Assembly (NCBI GenBank): GCA_051294375.1
Contig: JBJCIZ010000239.1
Span: forward strand, 5,069,149-5,133,148
Length of the DNA: 64,000 nt
Origin: Paraspadella gotoi
Lineage: Eukaryota; Animalia; Chaetognatha
Reading direction: 5' to 3'
A program made the position numbers and the translations under genes. Shown here piece by piece: positions 39,146-52,824 of the stretch (the stretch's first letter is position 1; each line of letters opens with the position of its first letter). The notes beneath the pieces were generated by a model, which had not been told where the DNA came from, ran no database searches, and saw only the letters and a program-made list of their open reading frames with translations.

Positions 39146-41816
39146 TTTCATATTTATGCCAAAAATATATGGGTGAAGATATTTCATCTCTTGATCTGAG
39201 CGATTGTAGAAAAAGGGAACAAAGAATTTTGTTTTTTTCTGAGAGCATAATTGTTTTTGAATAACATATTAATATATAATATATGATTCTGTATTTTGAA
39301 GTAAGTCAATTAAAAAAAATTTCATGACAATGATCAATCCAAAAGTTGCTTATCCGAATATTATTTTGATACTACAGCAATTAATAAAACGCTCAATAAA
39401 CTAGTTTCAACAGGATTACTTTTTACCTTGAGATAACCGAGAAATCGCCAACATTCGCTTTGAACGAGGATTCGATTTTACGAAGTCTGACGGCTTTTAA
39501 CGAGCTTTTTTTAGAACAAAATTCATTTCTAAATTCTAAAAAAACTTTAAGTATGATTAATTTAGTCGTCGTCGTTGTCGTCGTCCCTGTCAATGAATAC
39601 AAAAGCAAGAACGGCGAACATACGGCCCACACATTGCCGACACATTGCCCACAGATTTCCCCCACACATTCTCCACGCACCGAGTCGATTCGTCGGTCCA
39701 CGCGAGATTCCTCGTCAAACGGACACACACCCCCAATCGTACAACCCGACTGAAAAGACCGACCGACCGACCAAAGGACCGACAGACCGACCGACGCGAA
39801 GGTCCCATAAAAAGTCGCTCTCACAATAACAATCGAAATACTCGCATGGGAGACGTTGAGTGTTGCGGGGGGGGGACGGAGGGGGGGGGGCAAAATAGTT
39901 TTCTTTTTTTTTTCAGATCCCCGAGAGATTAGGGTGGAGGCTTAGGAGAGAGAATGGGAGGGAAGGGTCGATAAGTCGTTAAGTATTAGGGTGGAGCGAT
40001 TTGAAGATTGTGTGTTAGCGGTATGATAATATTTCTTATCATTTTTTTTTTTTAAGCTTTATCAATTTTTTTTGTCCGTATTACGAAGAAAATAAAAATA
40101 ATATTTTCTCTGTATGGTTTTTATTTCTAGAATAAAAAAACTTTAATAAAATATAGTTTATTATTTTTAAATGTTATTAGAATTATTAAAGAATTATTAT
40201 GAATTATATATATTATATAATTATTATATAATATATATAATTATTATATAGTAAATAATTATTAATATAATTATTATTGTATATGCTAAAACTTTCATAC
40301 AAGTATAAATTTATGCTAACAACTTTTTAAAAAAATATTATTTTGTATGGATAGGATAGGTTTATAGTATATTCTGATATGGTTCCACTAATAATATATC
40401 TACATTGGATAAGAATCCTATTAAAATACTGTTACATATATATTTATCTTTTTTTTTTCTGAAAAGAAAACAGAGCAAACAAATAATTGCGGGAATGGTT
40501 GCAAAAATATCTTATGTCAAAAATAAATGTGAACAAAAAAAAAAAATCAGGGAACAAAGTCAAACAATCTTAAATAAAATTTTTAGTTCCCGACGCTTTT
40601 ATCCACCCTAGTGAGTAATCCCTTATTCAACTCGTCCTATTTAAGTCTCTTTATTTCCAAACGGAATGTCATAAGACTCCCCTTCACCGCCCCCCTCCCC
40701 ATTTTCTTCACCTCGCGCTCGCGCGCGCCCCCCGACGGCCAAATTGACGCGGGACGACCCCAAACGTCGCGACACGCCCACGTCTCGCGTTTAAAGCCGA
40801 CGCGAAGCTGCCCGCCTTATTTGTAGTAATTTTCGACGGAGATCAAGAGCAAGAGTACAAGACAATGATCTGAATTGATATATATATTTTCGGCTTTCGA
40901 CCGTCGAAAAAAATCTGCAGATTGGATTTTCTAATGATGATAAGAGGATTTTACTGACGGTAAGTGAAATTTTTGTGATAATATATTCGATTCCCGATCG
41001 GAAGAATTCCATGAGAGGACGAAAATACGAGGCGGTCAATAGTAAAAAGTCGAAACGTCACGAGGATCACAAGGTCAGGTGAGGTCAAAAAAGATCAGAT
41101 TCGTTCAAAGAAAGATCAACATGTCAAAAATGGGCGAAGTTGAATATTCAAAATGGAGCAGAATTGAATAAGGATTGGAAATTACTCTTTATGTTATAAA
41201 TATAGATTGATTATTTTAGACGATTGATGAAAATTAATTGATCATCTCTTAGCAAAAGATTAAAGAACCCGCAGTGACGTTGTGACTTTTTAAATCCTGT
41301 CATAAACTTTGTCCCCTTTATGAGGAAAATCACCAAAAAGTTCCTTTCACGCTCTCATATCCAATCCATTCTCGACTCTCTCCCTCTCCCTCCCCCTCCG
41401 CGAGCCACTGCGAAAAAAACCATTCACGAGATAATATAAAATGGCGTTGATATATGAAAATGCCTACCACTGCCTCGTGAACGAGGAGAGAGAGGAAAAG
41501 AAGGAGAGAGAGAGGAAGAGAGACGAGTAGAAAGATTTGTGAAGTTGAGAGTCACTTATCCTTTTTTTTGAAATAGTGAGGAATCGTAAGATCGAGTGGA
41601 CTCGAATGGTTACGATCGATATCTCACCTCATTTTCTTTTAAGCGGCCGTTTTGCTCCTTTAAAGGCGCAAGCCTCTGCTCACTTTTGTCACTTAGATGA
41701 TAAGGCCTCTCCTTCACGTGTTACCTCGCTACTGTAAAGACGACGAATTCTACACGTCTTCTAAAGGCACAAATAACCTTCACATTCTGTGCGCTCCAAT
41801 CTAGGCACGCACAATG

Positions 41817-42235
41817 AGGCGGGTGAACTTTGCTATGCGATCGGGACTACATGCCCCACAGATTGTAACCCAAGCCCTGCACTGACTTGCCAGTGGAAGG
41901 AGAGGGGAGCATCTTCAGTAACGTCCACTGGTCCTGGAAATCAGAAGGTTGGAATACGTCTCGAACAAGATGCGCTCACCTAGTAGCAAGCCATGGAGAA
42001 ACAAGTCCTGGTAGCTTGAACTACAGGCATTTGAAGGGATTTTCCACAAGGACGGCCTTACGGCCGTCCGTCAGCACTTGTCCCAGCAGGGTAGGAACCG
42101 GGTTGGGAGAATTAAACCTCGGTACCCAAAGTGGTCCATGAAGCTGATGACATTTACTCAATGAGGCCACCGGGTCAGGACTGAAAAGGTGACATGCTTA
42201 TAGGCGGGTGAACTTTAGCTAATGTCACCGACTAA
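41817..42235 (+). mobile_element. Diverged or noisy copy of the HERO-like 3' fragment bounded by 15-bp direct repeats
   Basis: tagcaagccatgga...gtcctgg, gctgatga...ttactcaat and catgcttataggcgg align with 17718-17862. aggcgggtgaacttt occurs at 41817-41831 and 42202-42216. Confidence 0.55.
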
Positions 42236-45200
42236 CCTAAAGGAGAAGTAAAGAAACCTGAGAAAATTACGTAAAAGGTATATACTAAAATTTAAATATG
42301 TTAAAAAATAAATATTTCCTCTCACTTGGTTGGGACGTCATCGTCGTATCGTGTAACTAAAAACTTCCTCCATTGATACGCTGATTTTGTGCATTGTGAA
42401 ATAACCCAACTCGAGCGAGAATCCATCGATTATTATTAACTCGATATTGACAAAATGAGATTTTCAGCCGCTCAGACCGGAAACCCGTTTAATCGAAAGA
42501 CCCCCAAGCCCCGAATACCGCCCGGTCCCAAAGAGAAGGAAACGAAGAAGAAGAGAGAGAGAGGATGACGGTGTGAGGAAAGAGAAGAGAATGAAGAAGA
42601 GAGAGGAGAAAGGAGGAGAAAAAAACCGGAATCGTCAACTTAGAATGTGAAGACACAAAAATAGCAACAACAATTGCCTTACGACAGACGGAGACAACAA
42701 CAAAAACGAACGGACGACCGGGACAACCCGGCCGTAGTATGAAAAGGGTATGACTTATTGTGTTTTTGATTAGTTTGTCCATTTCCGCCATTTCGCCGCG
42801 ACGACGAAATTAGGCCCAGACCAGGGCGGCACTCTTGCACGTAATAGGAGAGATTAGTATATCTATAAGATACCCAGAGTGGAATGAGGGTGGGCCGGGG
42901 AGATGTGCGTGGAAAAGCGCAGAAAGGTTCCTATTCCTGGTTAACCTAATTATTTCACCCACACCCCCGTGTCTCGGATGCGTTCGTGGTGACTCTCTCT
43001 CTCGTGTGCGATCTGCTACTCTCGATTCTCTTCTTTTCACTCATAGTATCACCTCTACAGCCCTATGGCCTGCCTGACGTACAAGCTCAGTACTCTGCTC
43101 TATCTCATACTCCGTAAACCAATGGCTCGACAAATTATACTTATAACACTCTTTTCATATCCCTAATTTTATCTCGTTACTGAATTCTTCTGTTTTCTCA
43201 CCCCATAGAACCGGGCAAAACTCTTGGAGACACATGAGAGAGAGTTGAAGGGATGTGAGAGATAGAGATTGGAGGAGAAGGAGAGAACAAAAGAGAGAGA
43301 GACAGAGAAAGAGAAGTATATCAACACACAATCCGGCCCGAATTGAACTTCATTAATCGCGTGGGTGAAAAATAATTTCGTTCCCCTTATTAATTCCGCA
43401 CTCCTTTGTGTCTTTAAAAATTTCTTTTGACACCCAACTCGGATTGAAGGAAGTAGTCACGTGCAATGAATTCTGTATACTTAACGTGTATGAAGAGTTG
43501 GAAGAATAAGGAGCAAAGGTCAGGGAGAGAGAGAGACGCGGAGAAGAACAAAGAGAGAGAGAAAAGAGAGAGAAGAGACGAGAGGAGAGAGAACCGGAGA
43601 GAAGAGCAGAGGAGAAGCGAGAGAAGAGAGAGAGAGATACAGAAGATTAGGGAATCTTGTGACTATCATGGAGATCCGCAAGAGTCGGCGGTGAAAGAAA
43701 TAGTGTGGAATAAAGTTAGAAGAGACAGAGAGAAGAGACGAGAAGGGCAATGAGGACGAACGAGAGAATACAGAGGAAGAAAATATTTCTAGGAAATTGA
43801 AGAGGATGACGAGAGATGAAGAGTAGTGTGTGTGAGAACAAGGCAAGTGAAGATATCTAAAATAATAAGAGTTAGAAAATTATCTTTTATTAAATTTTAA
43901 AATTATGTTTTACTATTTAGTCCCATTTATATGTCTTTTCTGATTTTATTATCTATTGCATCATGAAATTGGTGTAATTCAATAAGAAAAAAATATCCCT
44001 ACTCCATTAAATAACTACACGTTATCGTTAAACGATGATTCTTGTAGTTAGTAAATATAGTTTCATGATATTCATTAAGCTGAAGCCAAAAAAAGTGTGC
44101 TATGACCTTCTGCATCTGAGAAAAAAATATAATTGTCTTTATCGTATTTCTTGAGTTTTGATCTGAAAATTAGTTTGCAGTGATCCTCTAAATTCAAAAC
44201 ACCTATTTGTACTTTTTTCTCCCACTTTTTGTTCTGTGTATAGTCCTTGTACTTACTATGTTGTTCTGCTTTTTTTTATACTCCGATTAATTTCCCTTAT
44301 TTGAATTATAGTATTTGGCCGGACCTTTGTTTAATAATAACATTCCTTACTAAATAAATCTGAAGAAGCCTGCGATTAAATAGTGACAATTAATTATGGT
44401 AAAGTAAATTCTTCCACTTTCAACAATTCCCGTTTCAACGCTATGGCAAATGAGATTCGTATTGACAAAGGAAGACAGAAAAGTATTGAAACACGTCAAC
44501 TCATTCATAATAAAAAAAAAAAGTTAAAATAAAAACTAGCATAGAAAGACATCTGTTATCAAATGATTAATATAAAATAAGGTTTTGTCAAAATAATTTA
44601 CCCCTGCCAATAAAATATGAAAATTAGCGAAAGATCCAACAAAATATACTCACATCAAGGAAATGTAAAACTTCGTCTCCTCTTAAAATACACTACATCG
44701 CGCCAAAAGAATTTCGCTTCCTTCCCGTGATTTTGTACACCATTCTTGGCGTTTTGCAAATCTCTGTTTTAATTTCTAAGGGAATATGTTCCAAGATATT
44801 TATACGCCCACCCAGACAAAAAATACGAGAATATCCAATGAATATTTGAGCGTCGCGGCGATAGATTTTCTAGCTTACGAATTATTACTATACTAAGACT
44901 CATAACAACCAGGAGTTAGGCATTAAGAAAAGCAAAATAGGTAACCAACGTATATGCTTCATTAAATGACGCATCTGAGACATGCTAATCAATATTTTCG
45001 TTATTGGCGCTTTATGTGTTCTCGCAAAGCGCTCGTGATCTATCCTGGATTCCCTATAACTTAACAAAAGTTTACGAGTGCTAACTGCTTAATCTTTTTT
45101 ACTTCAAAATATTGTAAATTCTTAATCTCTAACTCGAGATCCCTACATATCTAACTCTACACTGATCGTTTGCTAACCTCACTCTGTTTTTTATCCCCAT

Positions 45201-46647
45201 TATCCTAATCTTTAAACTAATCCTAACAGATCCTAACCTAATCGTCTATCCCTATCCTAATCTTAAATCTAAACACAAAACATAATTACGAATTTTAAAC
45301 TGAAATGGGGAGCTTTCGGAAAAAGATGGGCAGGTTTACAAGAAGAGATGAAGTAGAAAAATATATTTTTCTTATTAAGTTATTACCGGAACATATAATT
45401 CGAATACATAAAGAAAATATGGGGTGCGTCAAACTCACATGCGACAAATTTCGAATCGTCGGCTAATCTTATAATCTATGCATCTATGCATATCTATACA
45501 CACAGAAAAAGAGTCAAGAATGTTGGAACGTTTAAAGACCAATGACCCTTTATTTTCTCCGGTCCTGAACCGGCATTATGAATATACCAAGGTATCATTG
45601 AAGTGAAGTAAATACTTTTGATTTTCGAAACAATATCTATGTAAGATTGTTAAAAAAGAAACATATACTTTCATCCATCTTAGTCCAACCGTATATATTG
45701 AAAATATTCAAATATATGTAAATTGGCTATTATGAGTTTCCTACTGGTCCCAGGCTTTCTGCGCCCCTTGAATCCGCGGAACTGATTTCTTCAACCGACT
45801 TTGATGGCTGCCGCCTTTCTTTTAAGGTCGTCAAATACGAGATCCCTCCACCTGTTACCCTTATCTAATTCAACACAGGTTAGCTTCAAAGCCACCGGAA
45901 CTTCAACCGTCACCCGCCGGGATAATCTCAAAGCAAACTCAAAAAACTTGTCTCTCTACTTCCACAAAAAACGCCTCACTCAGCAATCCGGCCATCAATC
46001 TTCTGACAGACGGCGCGAAGAAGGGCCAGAGCAAGAAAGACGGCGCACCCGAAGTAGACTCACCGAGTCGCTGCATTGAACTCTGCATAATCCAACTGTC
46101 TATTCCCGCGCACTTATGCCTAATAGCGGAAGCCGCTGATGATCGATATACAATATCGTCACGAAACCATGAAAACGAGGGTCGAATAGAAAGAGTGACC
46201 ACAGAGTCCAGCGTATTTCCATTTTTTTCATTTTGAGATTACTGGCTCAGAGCATCATAACACGAACAATCAATGCGAAACTCAAAGGACTGCGGAGATA
46301 TAGTGATGAACGCTTTATTCGGCACGAGGCCGGAATTTGTGTAACGAAACGAATCTCTGCGCGATGAATAAAGCNNNNNNNNNNNNNNNNNNNNNNNNNT
46401 CACCTCGCGCGCGCCCCCCGACGGCCAAATGACGCGGGACGACAACGTCGCCGACGACGCAGCGTCTCGCAGTTTAAAGCCGGACGCGAAGCTGCCCGCC
46501 TGTGCGCGCAATTTGGCGCTAAATTGAGAAGAGGAACGAGAAGGAATTTGAAAGATTGGAAAGATAAGGGATGGAATGAGGAGCAGATGAGAGAGAGAAG
46601 AGAGAGAGAGAGAGAGAAGAGAGAGATTAGAGAGAGAGAGAGAAGAG

Positions 46648-46681
<34 letters not shown>

Positions 46682-47021
46682 GTGATAATAATAGAAAGAA
46701 TGAAAGGAAATAATGAATTGACAATAAAGAAAGCAAAAAAAGGGAGACAAGTCGTGTAAATAAGGAAAAAAAAACCGGAATCGTCACTTAGAATGAGACA
46801 CAAAAATAGCAACAACAATTGCCTTACGACGACGACAACAACAAAAACGACGACGACGACAACCGGCCGTTGTGACTTATTGTGTTTTTGACTTAGTTTT
46901 TTCCCATTTCGCCTCGCATGCCCCGCACTCTCCTCTTATCCCTGATTGAATGGGTGGCCGGGGAAAGATTGGTGAGGCAAAGGTTCCTTTCCTTTAACCT
47001 TACCCCCTGTCTCGGCCGTTG

Positions 47022-47096
<75 letters not shown>

Positions 47097-47186
47097 ATCT
47101 TCCACTTTGGTGATTTGGACAAACAAGTTCCCAATGACTTATCGGCGCACGCCCTCCGGACCGACCCCATAGAGACAGGAGACAGA

Positions 47187-47251
<65 letters not shown>

Positions 47252-47410
47252 ATCGAAAATATTTTAGGAATAGCTGGCTATCTTAAAAGTCTTACTCGTA
47301 TTCGTACCTCACTCATAATCAGAGATTTAAAGTTTAAGATTTAAAGACTAGTAATTTTGTGAAGTATATCCTGAATTCTCCCAACGTATGGCAAAAAGTA
47401 ACACAGCTCG

Positions 47411-47481
47411 TCCTGTCGTATTGAACTGTTAAATACTCGCTTTCCTGCTGTGAGATTCGAGTTCGATTCCCACACGGTCCC
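47411..47481 (+). pseudogene. Degenerate tRNA-like sequence (tRNA pseudogene or SINE head)
   Basis: B-box gagttcgattccc at 47459-47471 with tRNA-like spacing from tcctgtcgta. Loose resemblance to tRNA-Asp/Glu; cloverleaf not intact. Confidence 0.3.
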
Positions 47482-48005
47482 GCTGGTAAACTTTGTTGAT
47501 TCTTGTTCTATCACGTCATTGACAGGTCGTGGTCCATTCAGGTTCGATACCGCTACCCCGTTTGCCCTTTCATTATTACATTATGCACAATTAAACCTAT
47601 ATAGGCATCGACGACGCCTGACAAAGAGTCCAAACTTAAAACATTTTATGAAACAATTTATCGGCGACGACTTCACTTACTTTTTTTAAGGTCGTCGGTT
47701 TACTATTCCAACTCGAAAACAATTCCAAGCTCAATTTAAAAAAAAAAAATACCGTTCCTTTCCTTTCGTTTAATGAAACATTTTAAAAAAATATATTTTG
47801 TCATAAAATATATTTGCTTTATTGGCATTTGTGAATTTTAGGATTGTTTCTATGGGAATATTAAATAAAGTTTTTTTTTGGTAAAGTACTGCAACATGCA
47901 AATGAGTTTTTGGTGAGTTGGATAAGACATGAGGAATAGGAGGAAAGAGAGAGACAGGAAGAGAGAGAAAGTGAGAGACAGAGTAAGAGAGGAGGATGGT
48001 GAAAT

Positions 48006-48092
<87 letters not shown>

Positions 48093-48099
48093 GAGAGAT

Positions 48100-48540
48100 T
48101 TTAATTATGTTTAGGTCACAAGGGGATTCTTCTCAAGTCGAGAAAAGGCGGATCTTGAGTTTACTTGTTGCTATTTATTTATTTATTTTAATATCACTAA
48201 AAAAGTAAATTACTTATGTTTGGATTTTTCATCTTTTCTCTATTATTATTTTATTTAGCGAAAAAGATTTGAATTTTGTTGAACAACGAATTTATTTCAA
48301 ATTAATGAACGCTTGAGGATTACACGCCGAAACTTGTCCGCTCAATCAATAAACAACGAAACGAAAGGGTGATTACACAATATTATTTTATTAAAATACA
48401 TGAAGTAACTTTTAAAAATCTCAGTTTTCTCGCCTTTTTCTTTTTTTTATTGATTCATCAATTCTTAGTTTTTCGTTTCATAATCATATTCGTGACTTTA
48501 TCATCACGTTTGCTTTTTTGTCAGATTTGTTAAAGTGGAT

Positions 48541-48577
<37 letters not shown>

Positions 48578-48661
48578 GAGAAGAGATCACCACTTGGTTT
48601 CAGGAAGATCGCCTTTTCTCGACTTGAGAAGAATCCCCTTTGTGACCTAAACATAATTAAA
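48100..48661. repeat. Inverted repeat, ~57-bp unique arms extended by (GA)n/(TC)n
   Basis: 48100-48156 is the near-perfect reverse complement of 48605-48661; the pair is repeated in the duplicate at about 52897-53538. Confidence 0.85.
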
Positions 48662-48676
48662 TTCTTCTCTCTCTCA

Positions 48677-48731
<55 letters not shown>

Positions 48732-50629
48732 CTTGAATTCATCTGTTGGACAGGTGTCATCATTCAAGTATGAGCTTAAACGTTTTTAATTTACATCGAT
48801 AGAAAGAAATGAATGATTATTTTATAAATTAATACTTACTTTGACATTGCGTAAATTTTTTTTTACTTCAATTTCAATTATTTTTTATTCTTTATATATT
48901 AATCAATTCACTATTCATTCACTTCTCATTAAACGGGACCTTAAATTAGTAGATTCAATTTCAATTGACAAAACGACTCTCTCTCTCTCTCTCTCTCTCC
49001 TACCAATTAAATGTCTTTTATAAGAATATATTACTTAATCAATCCTGAAAATAAAGATGATGACGATGATGATGAAAATAATGACGATAACGTTTACAAC
49101 GACGTCTAATACGAACATATATAGGAGGAAGAGGAAGAGGAAAAATCTAATGAATTCCGTTTTAATTAATGAAGAGGATAATTGCGGAAGACACAATTCG
49201 AGCGACGATAACGACGACGACGACGACGACGACGATGATGATTATGATGCCCAAACTTTGTATGGAGTGAAGACCAGAATATTAACGAAGACGACGACAA
49301 AGACAATGAAAATGGCAATGACGTCGAGATTGCAGAGAGGAAGTAAAGGACATCAACGACAAAGACTACAAGTACAAGGTCAAGATTACAACGACAACAA
49401 CAACGAAGACAACTAGAAGACAAAGAGGACATCGATGACAAAGACAAGGACAATGGCAACGACGACAACGACGACAACGACGACGACGCCCCGGGCCAAA
49501 AAAAAAAAAGGAATTATAACCAGACACAACAAAAGATTCTTTGTTGGCTGTTTGTCTTCAACGACTATAATCAAAACAATCTATTGAGCCGAATTATCCG
49601 CGACTCGGTAACAATCAGGATATTAGCGAAGGAGTTACGGAAAGAGGCTCGACTCCATGAATCGCATTAACGAAAAGGAGTCCTACTTTTAAAGTGGCTT
49701 TCGAAGGAATTTTTTGGGTCAGAAAAGGATTTCTGGTATCAATTCAACCGAATAAACTGAAACCTTTAAGAAAAAGAAGGGTGTGTGTCCTTTTTTTTTG
49801 TCAATAATTTAGCTAAGTTTGATCAGTGGAGCGTAGTTAAAAGTTTAGGGTATAGTAAAATTCTAAAAAAAAGTAAATAATAATTAATATAATACTAAAT
49901 TCGACTAATTAATTTATTAAAAAAATATATATTTTAAAGAAATTTTTGTGATAAAGGTAAAGGAGTAGATGGAGGAGGAGGAAGAGGAGGAGGAAGAGGA
50001 GGAGGCGAAGAGTGAAAAAAGTTACTTTTCATTCATAAAAAAAAACTTTTTTTAAAATTAAACTCGGAAGGGGACGAAGTTTACTAGTGGCGCCAGAGAG
50101 AGAGAGNNNNNNNNNNAGAGAGAGAGAGATAGTTGAAAAAAATTCTTTTTTTTTTCTCCTTTTTATTCTTCACACAAGTAGTAATTTTATCTTTCTATTA
50201 TTTCCTTTTTTATTCGATATTCTTTAGGCTATACTTTTTAGAATTCTTCAAAGATGAAAATTCTGAAAATTTTAAAAAGTTTTGAAAAAAAAATTTTTAT
50301 AACTTTTAAGACTTCAGAATTTGAGAATTAGGATCTAAATATTTAAAAAAAATTTCAAAGTTTTCAAAATTCTGAAACTTAAGCTGAAATAGAGCGCTTT
50401 TGGAAAATATGGTTCGGCCTTTCATCAACCCGTTATTCTCCTCCTCCTCCTCCTCCTCCCCCTCTTCCACTTTCTCTGGTCAAGTGTTGAGGTGGGAAAA
50501 AAGATTATGACTTTGATGATGGCGACTGCCTCTTTCAAAAACGAACATTAAGAAGACGAACGACGAACGACGAACTACGATGATAACTCTTCTTCTCAGC
50601 TCGCGATGATTAAAAAGATGTCAGGTTTA

Positions 50630-50680
<51 letters not shown>

Positions 50681-50846
50681 TCGCCTTTTTCGACTCATCG
50701 GAAACTCGAGGGCCCCATGAGTCCTTCGACGGACTTTCCCCTCCCACGCATCCACAGACCGATCCACACCCAACCCACCAAACTGTAAACCACGACCACA
50801 TTACTTATTCACACACCTATCGGCTCTCTTTTCCCAGAGAGCCCCG

Positions 50847-51500
50847 TTTTTAGTCGGATCTGCTTATCAGCAGATCCCGACTCTATAATTCACTTTGTCG
50901 GTTCGTCGGTCCGCCCCCTCAATATTGTCGGGCACTCACTTATATCATGTTAGAACATCGAATTATGATAAATTATGCAACAAAAATGATGTCCGGCTGT
51001 CCGTCCGTCCGTCCGTCCCACCTTAGCAAAACACTCCAATTACTCGTGATTGGATGGATGGATTGGTATGAAATTTTGTGTGTGGGTAGGAAACTGTGTG
51101 ATTGAGATGGATATGAAGTTTCGAGGGAATCGTGAGAGTGGAAATTGGTTTAAATAGAAAAAAAAATTTAAATATTTGAACGCCAATTGCTCATGAGTGG
51201 AGAGGGCAATTGATGAATTTTGGTATGTGGTAGAGAAAGTGTGTGTTGGCTGGATATAAAGTTTCGATGGATCGTGTGAGTGGAAATGAGTTAAAATGGA
51301 AAAAATAAAAGTCATTTAACTTGAAGTATTTTTTACTAAATTTACTCATAATTATTATGTTTATTAAAAATGGATAGATAAATCGAAATTGAATTTCGAG
51401 TGTGGGTAGGAAGTATGTGATAAAGTGGATATAAATTTTTTGATGGAATTGTAGGAGTAAAAAGAGTTCAATTAAAACCAAAAACACATTTATTTTGAAT
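50847..51500 (+). mobile_element. HINE/DINE-1-like non-autonomous Helentron-type element
   Basis: T-run, then tagtcggatctgcttatcagcagatcccgactcta hairpin, a (GTCC)n tract at about 50990-51020, and three internal ~150-bp tandem units (gtgtgggtaggaa...ggatatRaaRtt). This is the known HINE architecture. Duplicate at 55879-56560. Confidence 0.62.
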
Positions 51501-51532
51501 TTTTTAAAGTTTTTTCTCTCTCTATCTCTCTC

Positions 51533-51559
<27 letters not shown>

Positions 51560-51563
<4 letters not shown>

Positions 51564-51872
51564 CCAAATATGCCAATTGACAAAAATATGCCAGTTGACC
51601 AAATTCTTAAAGTTGACCAAATTTGCCGGTTGACCAAATTCTGCAAGTTGATCAAGTTCTGCAAGTTGACCAAATTATGCTGTTGACCAAATTATGCCAG
51701 TTTGACGAAATTATACCAGTTGACCAAATTATGCGGTTAACACAAATTATCTTAATTGATCAAATTATGTCAGTTGACCAAATTATGTCAGTAGACCAAA
51801 TTATGTCAGTTACCAAATTAGGTCAGTTGACCAAATTTTGCAAGTTGATTAAATTATGCAAGTTGACCAAGT
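51560..51872. repeat. 18-bp minisatellite (gttgaccaaattatgYca)
   Basis: About 17 units, which explain the VDQIM/LTKLC repeat ORFs. Noisy duplicate at 56625-56970. Confidence 0.9.
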
Positions 51873-52791
51873 TAGCTTATTAACACTTAATTATCGTAGC
51901 CACGATCCGACATTGTTTGCTCAAACTTGTTTTTTTCTCGACAAAAAGTAAAACTTTTAACTTTTACTCAATTAAGAAAACGTTAAAGATTAATCGCTAG
52001 GTGAGTCGTTTTATACAATTNNNNNNNNNNNNNNNNNNNNNNNNNNNNNNNNNNNNNNNNNNNNNNNNNNNNNNNNNNNNNNNNNNNNNNNNNNNNNNNN
52101 NNNNNNNNNNNNNNNNNNNNNNNNNNNNNNNNNNNNNNNNNNNNNNNNNNNNNNNNNNNNNNNNNNNNNNNNNNNNNNNNNNNNNNNNNNNNNNNNNNNN
52201 NNNNNNNNNNNNNNNNNNNNNNNNNNNNNNNNNNNNNNTGTGAGAGAGTCTTGATTGAAAGCTTGCAGACACAGAGACCTGCTATGTCATTAGCTTGTAA
52301 GAGTGATGGAGGACATAGTCAGTTCAAAGTCAGGAGGCAACATACAGGGTGGGACCCTATATCAAGACAAAACTTAACGTCCTGCCCTGTCTGAACGATT
52401 TGAGATACGATAATAAAATGGGTGGCAACAGTTTTTTCTGGCTTTTTACTTTTATATACAATAAAAGCAAAATACATTTTGAAACAATTACAAGGGGTCG
52501 TTGATGTTTTCAAAACATTTAGTCGTTTTTATGCGCGCGCATTGTATTGCATATTTGTCAATATTTTTAGTGGTCGTTTCTGAACATGACTGTTATGTTT
52601 TATCTTAAAATTACCATATTTTAAGTTTTTCATCACTATCCAAATTAAACCTATTTAATTATTTTTNNNNNNNNNNNNNNNNNNNNNNNNNCGTGAGGTT
52701 GGAATAAGACATGAGGAATAGGCAGCGAAAGAGAGAGACAGAAGAGAGCAGAAATGAGAGACAGGATGTAAGAGAGGATGGATGGTGAAAT

Positions 52792-52824
<33 letters not shown>

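Noticed and set aside
39590-39750. Cys-containing minus-strand ORFs
   Set aside because: Built on 11-12-bp aatgtgtgggc repeats that do not keep frame; no recognisable domain.
45750-46374. ORFs 45801..46079 and 45939..46202
   Set aside because: They lie in low-quality sequence abutting a 25-N gap, with no motif or splice support.
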